Below, in pieces: positions 27,081 to 36,070 of a DNA stretch of 64,000 nt. The notes beneath the pieces were generated by a model. It was not told the origin of the DNA. It did not search any database and saw nothing but the letters and a program-made list of their open reading frames with translations. The stretch's first letter is position 1. Every line of letters starts with the position of its first letter. The DNA lies in the IMG/VR virus record IMGVR_UViG_3300046744_000223, positions 64,001 to 128,000 of that record. One strand, written 5' to 3'. This DNA comes from a virus. A program made the translations under genes and the position numbers.

Positions 27081-27365
27081 TTACTCATTGATTACCATTA
27101 GAATTTCTTGTTCACGATACATATTGTACTTCTCACCATCCAACTTCATTTGGATACCAGTATTTGGTACAATTACTCTATCACCTACATTTAAAACCAT
27201 AGGTATCAATGTACCATTGGCTGTGTAGATACCATTTCCAACTGATATTACTTCACCATGCATTTGTTCTTTAGAGTCTGATGGTTTGTAGAGTCCACCT
27301 TTAGTTTTCTCTTCTTCTTTGATAGTTTTGACTAACACATAGTCATTCAAAGGTTGATACTTCAT
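27081..27365 (-). CDS. groES: co-chaperonin GroES
   Basis: PLNDYVLVK..EEKTKGGL..GEVISVG.G..VGD.V. Confidence 0.95.
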   Translation of the reverse strand: MKYQPLNDYVLVKTIKEEEKTKGGLYKPSDSKEQMHGEVISVGNGIYTANGTLIPMVLNVGDRVIVPNTGIQMKLDGEKYNMYREQEILMVINE

Positions 27366-27388
27366 AACTTGTTTTCCTTTATTATTTA

Positions 27389-27420
27389 CTAATATACAAA
27401 ATAAATCTGAGATTACCAAA
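27389..27420 (-). promoter_or_regulatory. early promoter upstream of groES
   Basis: TTTG-N20-TATATTAG. Confidence 0.75.
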
Positions 27421-27748
27421 ACTTTTCACCATTAACAAATGACTTTTGGTTAGATATAGCTTTCTTCAATTCAGATTTATTAACTTTTTTCTTAGTGGTA
27501 TGTTTATTCTTTAAACTCACCACCTTTTTAGATACTACCTTACGTTTAATACCAAAGTGTTTCTCATTATACATATCAATTAAACCTTGACCACCCATAC
27601 CCATTGCAATAATATTGGTATCATCTGGTAAGTATTTAGTTGAACGAACGTTATTAACTTTATCAATATGGTCATCGAATATATCCATTTTTGGCTTTCT
27701 ACACCGCTTTGGTATATGTACAACTATTGTTTTTAAGTTATCTCTCAT
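27413..27748 (-). CDS. basic hypothetical protein
   Basis: ORF track. Confidence 0.6.
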   Translation of the reverse strand: MRDNLKTIVVHIPKRCRKPKMDIFDDHIDKVNNVRSTKYLPDDTNIIAMGMGGQGLIDMYNEKHFGIKRKVVSKKVVSLKNKHTTKKKVNKSELKKAISNQKSFVNGEKFW

Positions 27749-27984
27749 TACTTCATATTATTACTAAGTATCTCCTTTAGTGCCCATAAATCGTTTAGTG
27801 ACCGGAATCTGACATCTGTATCAATTATCTCGACATACATTCCTTTAGAATTCCACTCATCTGATGGATTTGTAATTAATTCAATACCATTCCATGTTGA
27901 TTCATAGTAATACCAGTCCCCAACATCCGAATCATACTCATCAAATCTATCAAATCCAAGCTCTATTAAATCTTCTTTAGTCAT
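27748..27984 (-). CDS. hypothetical protein
   Basis: MT.EDL.ELGF motif. Confidence 0.7.
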   Translation of the reverse strand: MTKEDLIELGFDRFDEYDSDVGDWYYYESTWNGIELITNPSDEWNSKGMYVEIIDTDVRFRSLNDLWALKEILSNNMK

Positions 27985-28085
27985 CCATTCTCCTTATCGT
28001 GAAGATACGATAATACACGTATCATACCATAAGTAGTAGAACCACCAAGTATTCCGATAAGTAATAGTAATAACCAATCCATAGT

Positions 28086-28274
28086 TTAGTCCATTTCATC
28101 TTTAGGGAACCTACTATAATTGCCCATCCCATCATAATCAGATGGGTTAGGTTGATTATGTCTTTGGTAGTAATCTTCTTCTTGCTTTTTAGAACCATTA
28201 TTAATGTTCCAAATAGTAAAGTACATATACAATACAAAAATTACAAAACCTACAAAATACATTGAAAAGCTCAT
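28086..28274 (-). CDS. small membrane protein
   Basis: TM helix + DYDGMGNYSRF. Confidence 0.65.
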   Translation of the reverse strand: MSFSMYFVGFVIFVLYMYFTIWNINNGSKKQEEDYYQRHNQPNPSDYDGMGNYSRFPKDEMD

Positions 28275-28474
28275 AACTATTGTATTTCCGTGTTCTTAAT
28301 TTTGTCTATTAGTAGATAGAATAGGATTAAGGTACTTGGCCAGTGTGAAGAGTATTGTGCTTCTTCAGTACGACCCATCGAACCTAACGCTACTGAATAG
28401 AGTAATGCGATTAATGCGATTAGGGCTGGTGCCCATTTGGCTAACTTTTTCATATATTTATTTGTTTTTAAGTT

Positions 28475-28828
28475 TTATAGTCCGTAACCTTCAATACCAT
28501 TGTTTTTCTGAACCTCGATAGCCGTAGCACGTTTCTCGTTCGGGTTCTTAGTACTTGTATTGTTGATTAAAATACGCTCACTACGACCAATACCCATTAC
28601 CAATTGGTGAAATGGAATTCCTAACAAGTCCATCTCTTGGATGGTAGTGTCTCTTAGTTCTTCTGGACGTGCAGTAGTCAACACAATGTGGTGACCTTCT
28701 TTGAACATCTTAGTTAGAATCTCAACAGCGCCAGGTAGTGCTTTGGAAGTGAACGGGTCAATATTTTCGAATTGTACTTGGTGAACTAAAGTCCCATCAA
28801 TATCGCTGAAAATAGTTTTTTGTTTCAT
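28475..28828 (-). CDS. HAD-superfamily phosphatase
   Basis: DIDGTL, LTTARP. Confidence 0.85.
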   Translation of the reverse strand: MKQKTIFSDIDGTLVHQVQFENIDPFTSKALPGAVEILTKMFKEGHHIVLTTARPEELRDTTIQEMDLLGIPFHQLVMGIGRSERILINNTSTKNPNEKRATAIEVQKNNGIEGYGL

Positions 28829-28846
28829 GTTTATTATCTCTCTCTC

Positions 28847-28912
28847 TTATTACAGGTGTAATATACGAAATATATTCGACATACACAAGTTTTTATGTTA
28901 ATTTATTGTTAA
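28847..28912 (-). promoter_or_regulatory. early promoter cassette
   Basis: TTAACA x2, CTTG, N20, TATATTAC; contains the stop of the SWIM gene. Confidence 0.8.
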
Positions 28913-29089
28913 GTTTGACATCTTTTCTGATAGTCGTTTCATATGTTTACAAGGGGTGTATCTACGGAACTCACGTGCCGGACACTCACAATCTACAATC
29001 TTCCAGTTCTCAACTGATACATTGTAGTATTTTAATTTCTTGGTCTTCTTATCACGAGACCCCATTTCTCTATACTGCCACTTCTTCAC
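28898..29089 (-). CDS. SWIM zinc-finger protein
   Basis: CEC...CKH. Confidence 0.75.
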   Translation of the reverse strand: MKKWQYREMGSRDKKTKKLKYYNVSVENWKIVDCECPAREFRRYTPCKHMKRLSEKMSNLTIN

Positions 29090-29378
29090 CTTCTGTTCGA
29101 ATTAGTTCATACAAAGATTCCGTACTCAAAACTGATGGTTCACTCCATTTAAGTTCGTGGTCACGATACTCAAACTTCTCAGCAATAGTTGATTGAGCAT
29201 CAACCAACTTTGTTAGATGTTCTTCTAACTTATCAGAATACAACAACACATCCGAATCGACATCGATTTGGAAATCATGCCCACCTTTGGGTTTCCAATG
29301 TGGAACTTCGCCGAAGCCTTCCGGACCTACGTTATAGTTTTCGTAATACTGACAACCAATTATTATTTTACAATCCAT
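29070..29378 (-). CDS. conserved phage hypothetical protein
   Basis: QYYENY...HWKPKGG. Confidence 0.7.
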   Translation of the reverse strand: MDCKIIIGCQYYENYNVGPEGFGEVPHWKPKGGHDFQIDVDSDVLLYSDKLEEHLTKLVDAQSTIAEKFEYRDHELKWSEPSVLSTESLYELIRTEGEEVAV

Positions 29379-29381
29379 ATT

Positions 29382-29573
29382 TTATTTTTTAATACCTAAT
29401 GCGAATAAAACACCACCGAAAAACCCTAAGAATGCAAATCCCATTTCGTTTAAGGGGTCTTGGAAGTGAACGTAGTTTTGAATGTTACCATTAAGTGTTA
29501 ATACACCCAAACTTAAAAACATTAAAGAAGCAACTAAAAACTTAAAATCAATTTTATTTATCATATCTCTCAT
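29382..29573 (-). CDS. two-TM small membrane protein
   Basis: hydrophobic helices. Confidence 0.65.
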   Translation of the reverse strand: MRDMINKIDFKFLVASLMFLSLGVLTLNGNIQNYVHFQDPLNEMGFAFLGFFGGVLFALGIKK

Positions 29574-29640
29574 TATTACAATACTAATATAGTGATTATT
29601 TAGTCAACCACCAAACTTTTAATGTTAAGAAATTGTTAAA
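29573..29640 (-). promoter_or_regulatory. early promoter cassette
   Basis: TTAACAATTTCTTAACATTAAAAGTTTG-N20-TATATTAG. Confidence 0.88.
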
Positions 29641-30181
29641 GTTGAGCCACTGCTCTTTCAACAATCTTTTTGTTAGAAACGTATTGTGTAGTATCCTCAA
29701 GAGTTCTACCAAGATTCGTTACCTCATTGACAATCCACTCAACTGTTCCGAATCGTGGTGTGTTACTAACGTGGGTGTATTTACATCCACCCTCAATGTG
29801 GTTTCCGTTGTCGGTTTCGTAACTTGCGTTTCGAGTTTCGTACATATCAATCATACCATTGAAACTACCATACTTGAACATCTCAACGAAGTCTTTGATT
29901 TTCTTAAAGTCTTCTTGTGGAATTGGTGACCCATCTTTCATAGTCACATAAACATTTAGTGAGTTACCCATACTAAAGTGTTCTGCTTTGACCTTACAAA
30001 GGTAGTTCTTGTTGATGGTCTTAACGTATTGTTTAGTCATCTGACCACCCTCAGTTGGCCCAATATTCAAATACTTACTACCTTCGTTCTCACCATAGGT
30101 GTAAGTTCTTAGAGCAGTCTTACGAACGTTGTAACGGACTCCTTGGAAGTCAACTTGGATGTTTGGATTTTCTTTCTTCAT
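29636..30181 (-). CDS. hypothetical protein (LPD29-like)
   Basis: FSMGNS..V, F.YG.FNGM.D.YE. Confidence 0.6.
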   Translation of the reverse strand: MKKENPNIQVDFQGVRYNVRKTALRTYTYGENEGSKYLNIGPTEGGQMTKQYVKTINKNYLCKVKAEHFSMGNSLNVYVTMKDGSPIPQEDFKKIKDFVEMFKYGSFNGMIDMYETRNASYETDNGNHIEGGCKYTHVSNTPRFGTVEWIVNEVTNLGRTLEDTTQYVSNKKIVERAVAQL

Positions 30182-30198
30182 AACTTTTATATCTCTTA

Positions 30199-30265
30199 TT
30201 ATTACAGTACTAATATAGTGATAATTTTTGATATCACCAAATGTTTAATGTTAAGAAATTGTTAA
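30199..30265 (-). promoter_or_regulatory. early promoter cassette
   Basis: TTAACAATTTCTTAACA, TTTG, N20, TATATTAG. Confidence 0.88.
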
Positions 30266-30510
30266 GCTTTCAACCACATCTCGTAGATGGTGGTGTAACT
30301 TAATCGAAGTTGTTTTGCCAACTCTTGAAACACTCGTTCTCTGACAACAGTATCGGAGATTCCAAGAAAGTCGTAGACAGAACGTTTGGTTTGTAACATC
30401 CAAAGTAACCCAACGAAGGTTGAGTTCTCGTTAATCTCATTACCCAACTCATCACTTGGGTAGTTGTCTAAGTAAAATTCTTTAATTGTCATAAGCTTTA
30501 TCTCTCTCAT
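30262..30510 (-). CDS. conserved Bacteroidota-phage hypothetical protein
   Basis: YP.DELG.EI..D..VRERVF..L. Confidence 0.7.
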   Translation of the reverse strand: MREIKLMTIKEFYLDNYPSDELGNEINENSTFVGLLWMLQTKRSVYDFLGISDTVVRERVFQELAKQLRLSYTTIYEMWLKA

Positions 30511-30577
30511 TATTACATAGTAAATATAGTGAAAAAGTAGTAGTTACACAAGCTTTTAATGTTAAGAAATTGTTAAA
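30510..30577 (-). promoter_or_regulatory. early promoter cassette
   Basis: TTAACAATTTCTTAACA, CTTG, N20, TATATTTA. Confidence 0.88.
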
Positions 30578-31220
30578 TTTTTGTTGGGAAAGTTTTGACT
30601 GACCTGATGTTTGCGTCAGTCTTTGGACTACAATCCCAAATGTGGTCGTAGTTATCCCACTTACCATATCCTAAATTATCATAGTCTTGCCTGAATCTAT
30701 CATATACCAACTCTCTGAGTTCTTCCTCATCCCAAGTTGTACCCAATGGTATTTGTGTGGGTCTTCGATTACTACGAGTGAACTTAATCTCCATATCATC
30801 ATCCACGAATGGAAGTTTACGAAGGTCGTCTTCTACTGATTCCGCGTGAATGATATAGTCAATTGGGTAATCTGATATAATTCTCCACTCGGACCAAGCC
30901 ATGCACCTCTCATCAGTAACACCCTTGAGTGCTGTTAATGGGTCTGGTGTATTGGGTTTTAATTCGGTAGTGTCGTTTAGGTCATGCTTCCAATACGAAA
31001 TCCACCTATAATATGGATGTCTGACATTAGCGATGTATAGGTAGTCACTCGGACATTCATCGGGCCATCCTTGAGTATGAGTGAATATCATATCAGGATT
31101 GTCTTTATTTGGTAGGTGAGGATTTAGGTCTGAGTGTTCTCTAAAGAAATCTGCAGTTGCCCTACTTGCTACCTTGAATGGCGCAACCCATACAAACTTA
31201 TGTTTATGTGAGTAGTTCAC
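30573..31220 (-). CDS. sulfotransferase (Sulfotransfer_2-like)
   Basis: 5'-PSB KVASR, 3'-PB VRHPY.R.IS.W, DYI...E....D, C-terminal D...LGY. Confidence 0.75.
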   Translation of the reverse strand: MNYSHKHKFVWVAPFKVASRATADFFREHSDLNPHLPNKDNPDMIFTHTQGWPDECPSDYLYIANVRHPYYRWISYWKHDLNDTTELKPNTPDPLTALKGVTDERCMAWSEWRIISDYPIDYIIHAESVEDDLRKLPFVDDDMEIKFTRSNRRPTQIPLGTTWDEEELRELVYDRFRQDYDNLGYGKWDNYDHIWDCSPKTDANIRSVKTFPTKI

Positions 31221-31804
31221 TAATATTCAGTATTGAAAAAGAATGTCTGAAATAATCTACCATCTTCTTTGTTAGTACCAAAGTAGTCTAATGATATATG
31301 AAACAAATCACCTCTATATAACACTAATCTATTATATTTATTAGCAATTCTATCTGTCATTTCCCACTTTGTCATATCTTGGGAATCCTTGTAGACTACA
31401 TTAAGTAGTTCATCGTCAATTGTACCATCTGATAACTTAGGTGACATTTCCAATCCAGTCTCTTTGTGTCTAAACAATCCAGTTCCACCACTTAATGGTG
31501 CATTTGGTGTAAGATATACTAATGCAGCCCACGTTGTTGTTTGGTCAGCATGAACCCAAGAGCGGTCTCTTTGAGTAGTATATTGATACGCGCCATTATA
31601 TTCATCGGTTGCCCAATATGTAATTTCACCTACCGTGGGTCGTATTAGTGAATTTATGTATTCCTTGATAGTATCGTTAGCAAATGACTTTGTTCTGTTG
31701 CCCGGATAATTACCGGTGATACCAAATTCTTGAGATAATGCAAAGGCTCTTACATCATCTACATTCGTATAAAAATCATCTACGATTAATGAATTTACTC
31801 TCAT
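31220..31804 (-). CDS. 2OG-Fe(II) oxygenase (DUF6445-like)
   Basis: VDDFY, YPG.R, HAD, VYL, GGT, NRLVLY...H, R.FQ.FF. Confidence 0.85.
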   Translation of the reverse strand: MRVNSLIVDDFYTNVDDVRAFALSQEFGITGNYPGNRTKSFANDTIKEYINSLIRPTVGEITYWATDEYNGAYQYTTQRDRSWVHADQTTTWAALVYLTPNAPLSGGTGLFRHKETGLEMSPKLSDGTIDDELLNVVYKDSQDMTKWEMTDRIANKYNRLVLYRGDLFHISLDYFGTNKEDGRLFQTFFFNTEY

Positions 31805-31822
31805 AACTTATTTTTAGTTTTA

Positions 31823-32752
31823 TTACATATTTTTAGAAATGACTTCAGGAGCGTTATCTTTTATCCAATCAAATAGTTTGCTTTTCCAAACTTTTTCTGG
31901 TAAGATTGAACCACCTGCTTTTTTGACTGGAAGTGCAAGGAATCCTTTTACAGCACCCTTGATTGTTTTACCATCCCCATCCGTATAGAATACAGTATGT
32001 TTTGGGTTGTTTAGGATAACGTCAACTCTACCATTCATTCCTTTTGGTAGTGCTCGTGTAACTAATGACCAAACTGTATTTGAAGCACCTTCATGTGTTT
32101 TTAGAAGAATATCTTCAGGTACCATACGTTCTCTATTTTTATTGTTTTCCATTGCTGTTACATAATTTGTAAGAACCCAAGTCAAGTGAATGTTCTTAGA
32201 ATCATAACCTGCTTTTTTCAATAAAGGAAGTACATCAGTAATATCACTTAAATCTTTTGCCGTGATATCAAACATAATGTTAGGAAGTGTCTCTGGATTG
32301 TTTGTAGCAGCCAACATATTCTCTAAAGACTTATCTTTAATACCCATGGCCTTTACCAAATAATGTAGTGTTGCCACGTGGTCTGGATCTTTTAGATTAA
32401 GATTACGAAGAGTTTGCTTACCACCCCTTGGCAATTCGGTGTTAAATACCTTGTTAACAATCTCCATATCCTTTGGTTTTATCTTCTTACCATACTTTTT
32501 TAGGATATCTGAAACTGTGAGTTTACCCATTCTATTTAAGACTTGGAGTTGTTTTTTCATTTCATCGACATCACGAACTTTAAATCCAGCTGAGTCTAAG
32601 AAGTTGGAACTGGCAAATCCCTTACCACTTCCAGCACCACCTGCCAAGAATACTACTTGACCATATGGTTTTCTATTGTTATATGTAATGAGTTTCTCAT
32701 CGAGTTGTTCCTCGGTGATTACTTCCTTTATCAACTTATTAATCAAATTCAT
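31823..32752 (-). CDS. zeta-toxin/PNK-like P-loop kinase
   Basis: LAGGAGSGKG, DVD, FDIT, N..RER.VP. Confidence 0.8.
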   Translation of the reverse strand: MNLINKLIKEVITEEQLDEKLITYNNRKPYGQVVFLAGGAGSGKGFASSNFLDSAGFKVRDVDEMKKQLQVLNRMGKLTVSDILKKYGKKIKPKDMEIVNKVFNTELPRGGKQTLRNLNLKDPDHVATLHYLVKAMGIKDKSLENMLAATNNPETLPNIMFDITAKDLSDITDVLPLLKKAGYDSKNIHLTWVLTNYVTAMENNKNRERMVPEDILLKTHEGASNTVWSLVTRALPKGMNGRVDVILNNPKHTVFYTDGDGKTIKGAVKGFLALPVKKAGGSILPEKVWKSKLFDWIKDNAPEVISKNM

Positions 32753-32753
32753 A

Positions 32754-32960
32754 TTAGTCCTTTGTTGGAAAGTTTTTAGGGTCTCTACCAGTTTTGTATG
32801 GAAACATTCTATTTAGCTTGGATTGTCTCGATTTACACCCACAATCATCCGCACCAACTGCATCAGCAATTGATTCTGCTAACTTGTCTAATTTAGTAGC
32901 AGATGTTATTTTTGCAATTGTATCACCCAATCCTTGGGATTTAGTATCCTTCATAATCAT
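32754..32960 (-). CDS. conserved phage hypothetical protein
   Basis: GLGDT...CGC..RQ.KLN..FPY. Confidence 0.75.
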   Translation of the reverse strand: MIMKDTKSQGLGDTIAKITSATKLDKLAESIADAVGADDCGCKSRQSKLNRMFPYKTGRDPKNFPTKD

Positions 32961-33180
32961 TTTCCAATCTTACGTTATAACCTTCTTTTACTAAAGCTTC
33001 TTTGACAAGTTCTAATGTAGAGAACTCACCTATCTTTATTTCACACTTACCAGTTCTATGTACTAATTCAGCAATAGATGCTCCATGTAAGTCTGAATAA
33101 CCTAAGTAACGTTTTAAAACAAACACTACGTCTTCAAACGAGTGGATATCATCATTTAATAAATATAGTCGGGAATCCAT
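32941..33180 (-). CDS. clpS: ATP-dependent Clp protease adaptor ClpS
   Basis: LLNDD.HSFE.V...L...A...A..VH..GKC.IK.G. Confidence 0.85.
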   Translation of the reverse strand: MDSRLYLLNDDIHSFEDVVFVLKRYLGYSDLHGASIAELVHRTGKCEIKIGEFSTLELVKEALVKEGYNVRLENDYEGY

Positions 33181-33368
33181 TAAAGGTCAAAATATATAAC
33201 TTGTTTTATATCGTATTCGGATTTTAGTATGTGTACGTAACTTGATACCTCTCCCTCGGAGCAAATTTCAGCCCTTACATTAGTACCATCTTCAGTTTGA
33301 ACATACATCAATGTATTACCATCTAAAGTTTCTACTTCACTACTAAGTCTTTTTATTATTAGATTCAT
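33180..33368 (-). CDS. hypothetical protein
   Basis: ORF track, translationally coupled. Confidence 0.6.
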   Translation of the reverse strand: MNLIIKRLSSEVETLDGNTLMYVQTEDGTNVRAEICSEGEVSSYVHILKSEYDIKQVIYFDL

Positions 33369-33549
33369 TTTCTCTCTCCATAACTAACCGTAACTCTTGT
33401 AAGTTTTTACACTTTTCATATTCTTCGATATTAGTGTAATACTCAAGTAGGTTATCTACTATGTTTAACTTCATTTCACTATGAACGTCCGGATTGTATA
33501 GTATAATATCATATACTTCGTCTATTGCCGATTGTTCGTAGTTAATCAT
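33343..33549 (-). CDS. small UVR (UvrB/UvrC coiled-coil) motif protein
   Basis: L.YY...EEYEKC..L..L. Confidence 0.65.
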   Translation of the reverse strand: MINYEQSAIDEVYDIILYNPDVHSEMKLNIVDNLLEYYTNIEEYEKCKNLQELRLVMERENESNNKKT

Positions 33550-33582
33550 ATAATCATAAATAGTTTTGAGAAAGTTAGTAAA

Positions 33583-33960
33583 TCACATAAAGTTGGATTT
33601 TATAATGTATCCGAGTACACCTATCATTGAACCAAATAAAATCCATAGAGCTTTGGTAACACCATCCTTCCAATCTTTCATTTTTTCAAATTCGGTTAGT
33701 ACGCCATCATAGTACTCTTGTTTGTCTTCACGGTCATATCTATATACCGTGTTTTTATTGACACGTACTATTACACCATCTTCAGGATTTAAGAGTGTAA
33801 ATTTTATATCAGATACATCAGTCTTTAAGTCTGAATAATCTTCTTTCATCTCGTTAATACTCACTTCCATGCGTTTAAGTTCACCATTTGGTAACTTACC
33901 CTTCATTTCAGCAATTTCTACAAGAATTTCTTTAAGTATATCTTTTTGCGTATTAGCCAT
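33583..33960 (-). CDS. coiled-coil protein with C-terminal TM helix
   Basis: heptad repeats plus a hydrophobic C-terminus. Confidence 0.7.
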   Translation of the reverse strand: MANTQKDILKEILVEIAEMKGKLPNGELKRMEVSINEMKEDYSDLKTDVSDIKFTLLNPEDGVIVRVNKNTVYRYDREDKQEYYDGVLTEFEKMKDWKDGVTKALWILFGSMIGVLGYIIKSNFM

Positions 33961-34005
33961 TTACGTAGTCCTAATTGAATTAAGTAACTTATGGTTATAA
34001 ATAGT

Positions 34006-34575
34006 CTATATGATATCTAAGAATGTGTTAGATAGGTAATTTTCTATTAGTTCAGTCTTTTCATTAGAACTGAGATGTTCTACTGCGAGTACTGACTTAA
34101 CTCTGACATTAGGATATTTCTTTTGTAGATTGCCCACTGCTCTTACATTCTTAATGGAGTCATCCATAAATGCGATGTCAGTATATCCTTTTTTGATATG
34201 TTTTTCAATCCAATCTGCTTTGTCCTTTGGATTGTTAGATGCGAGTGCTACTGGATATACATCCATCCCATACTCGTCTTTAAAGAACTTTCGTATAGGG
34301 AAACCTAACTTACGTGCAGTTAAGATTGTTACCTTCTTAGAAGGGTTCTTTAACATACGCTGGAGTAGTTTGAAGTTCTTCTTAATAACTTGTGGTTTGT
34401 TCAACATACGATTGAAGTCACTAAAGTCATACTCGTCACCAGATTTTTCGGTATACTTTGCATATTCCTCTGGCGATAGTGTGGTCTTAGTCCCATCTTT
34501 GTGTTTTACATAGATGTACGACACTGTTGTTGCAAGTGTGTCATCAAAGTCAAAAACTCTTAATACTTTAGCCAT
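34006..34575 (-). CDS. HAD phosphatase (Swiss-army-knife RNA-repair-like)
   Basis: FDFDDTL, ILTAR, K, FMDDS..N. Confidence 0.85.
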   Translation of the reverse strand: MAKVLRVFDFDDTLATTVSYIYVKHKDGTKTTLSPEEYAKYTEKSGDEYDFSDFNRMLNKPQVIKKNFKLLQRMLKNPSKKVTILTARKLGFPIRKFFKDEYGMDVYPVALASNNPKDKADWIEKHIKKGYTDIAFMDDSIKNVRAVGNLQKKYPNVRVKSVLAVEHLSSNEKTELIENYLSNTFLDII

Positions 34576-34576
34576 A

Positions 34577-35341
34577 TTACTTCAATTTAGGGAGTCCACC
34601 AATCTTTGGGATTCGTTTCTTCCACTTCTTATAAATTTCTTTTCTCTTCTCAATTGTGATTACATCATCATCAACCAACGAGTCTAAGTAATCATCAACC
34701 ACTTTTTGGTAGGGTTGTTTCATTGTCTTTGCTTTAGAGTACAATCCGTGGATGTTTGCATCTACCTCTTTTGGTAGTAAGAAGTATTTGTAATACAATT
34801 TAGGATTAGACCGAATCTTTCGTCTCATCGCAGTATCACCTCTCATCCTCTTACCAGACTTCTCTGCGCCGGAACCCTTACCATGTGTTAGGTGTTCTAT
34901 CTCATGTCTTACTAAATCTCTGAGTACTGGCTGTATCTTTGAAAATACACTACCATTAACATCATCGGAATGAATACCAATATTTACTTCCAACGATGGG
35001 AAATCCTCATCTGCTTCAGCTGAACCATCTATAAAGAACTTACCTGGCTCTACACCATCCTCAGTTACTGCGAGCTTGAGTTCAACCTCAACACTAACAC
35101 CACTAACTTTATCAGTGTAGTCACCAACATATAATGTTCTATTTTCACCTTGAAATAGGTTTTGCATTGTACCTACCATTGGCATTGGGTCTTTACGAAC
35201 ATCATACCCTTTAAACTTCTTTGGCTTCTCTTGAGTACCACTACCCTTAATAGCATTCTTGATAGTTTTGAATACGTCTTTATTGATTTCACCCGTGAGT
35301 TTATCGTACATTCCTTCTAATATGAGTTGTTTTAATTTCAT
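34577..35341 (-). CDS. HExxH zincin-like metallopeptidase
   Basis: VRHEIEH, Y...P.EVDA. Confidence 0.7.
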   Translation of the reverse strand: MKLKQLILEGMYDKLTGEINKDVFKTIKNAIKGSGTQEKPKKFKGYDVRKDPMPMVGTMQNLFQGENRTLYVGDYTDKVSGVSVEVELKLAVTEDGVEPGKFFIDGSAEADEDFPSLEVNIGIHSDDVNGSVFSKIQPVLRDLVRHEIEHLTHGKGSGAEKSGKRMRGDTAMRRKIRSNPKLYYKYFLLPKEVDANIHGLYSKAKTMKQPYQKVVDDYLDSLVDDDVITIEKRKEIYKKWKKRIPKIGGLPKLK

Positions 35342-35362
35342 TACTAATATACGAATAATTTA

Positions 35363-36070
35363 TTAAATATCCAACTTTTTGTCGGAAGATTTGAAATCTT
35401 TTTTACGCATCACTGTTTTTGCGATTGCCTTGTTTGCCTGCTTCATAAATGGAATGTTAAGATTTGTTCTATCATCCACAGCCACCAATGAGTTATACTG
35501 ATTTAAAAACTCAACAAACTCTTTCTTCTTCTTACTCAATCGCTTAAAGAACCCTATGAGTTCTGCTTGTGATATCTCTTTACCATTACGGGGGTCGTTC
35601 AATCTATCAAAGAAATGTTTGTCAGTTAGAACTACATCTACTGGATTAAGTTTCTTATCTGCGAATTGGTCAATCTTCTGAAGGTCTCCCATTGGGATTT
35701 CGTTGATAGTTGATTCACCTACATTGAGTCGTTTATAACTCTTATCTGCTTTGTCGTATTTCTGATTGTCGTGACCACACTTATGACAAATGTATAAGTC
35801 ATCACCACCATCTTTTTTCATCCAAGTCCAACCACAATTGTCACACTCAATCTTATCAGCTAATACAGCTTCTTCTACCTTATCTATAATACGATACTTT
35901 AGGAGTGGTCTACCATTGATTGTGATGTCACCCTTTTCATTCTTACCGATTGACTTAACTACAATACGTTTGTTTTTGAATTTACCACCCAAAACAGTAT
36001 CACCTACTTTAATTGGTATTTTGATATCTTCGGTAATTCGAATGCCCATATGTTGTTTGTATAGTGACAT
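35363..36070 (-). CDS. multi-module protein: SH3-like, Zn ribbon, HFFDR module
   Basis: IKVGDT.LGGKFKN; CDNC...CHKC; HFFDRLNDPRN. Confidence 0.7.
   Translation of the reverse strand: MSLYKQHMGIRITEDIKIPIKVGDTVLGGKFKNKRIVVKSIGKNEKGDITINGRPLLKYRIIDKVEEAVLADKIECDNCGWTWMKKDGGDDLYICHKCGHDNQKYDKADKSYKRLNVGESTINEIPMGDLQKIDQFADKKLNPVDVVLTDKHFFDRLNDPRNGKEISQAELIGFFKRLSKKKKEFVEFLNQYNSLVAVDDRTNLNIPFMKQANKAIAKTVMRKKDFKSSDKKLDI

Noticed and set aside
28277-28453. Possible tRNA (GGTTCGA on the minus strand)
   Set aside because: No cloverleaf; the region reads as a ~58-aa membrane ORF (MKKLAKWAPALIAL...).
28847-30577. Integron attC array (stop codons within TAAC)
   Set aside because: The element has direct TTAACA repeats and promoter boxes, not the long inverted repeat ending in GTTRRRY; no integrase in the window.
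31823-32960. Epsilon-zeta toxin-antitoxin pair
   Set aside because: The upstream small ORF is a Cys-containing phage protein unlike epsilon, and the kinase substrate cannot be inferred.
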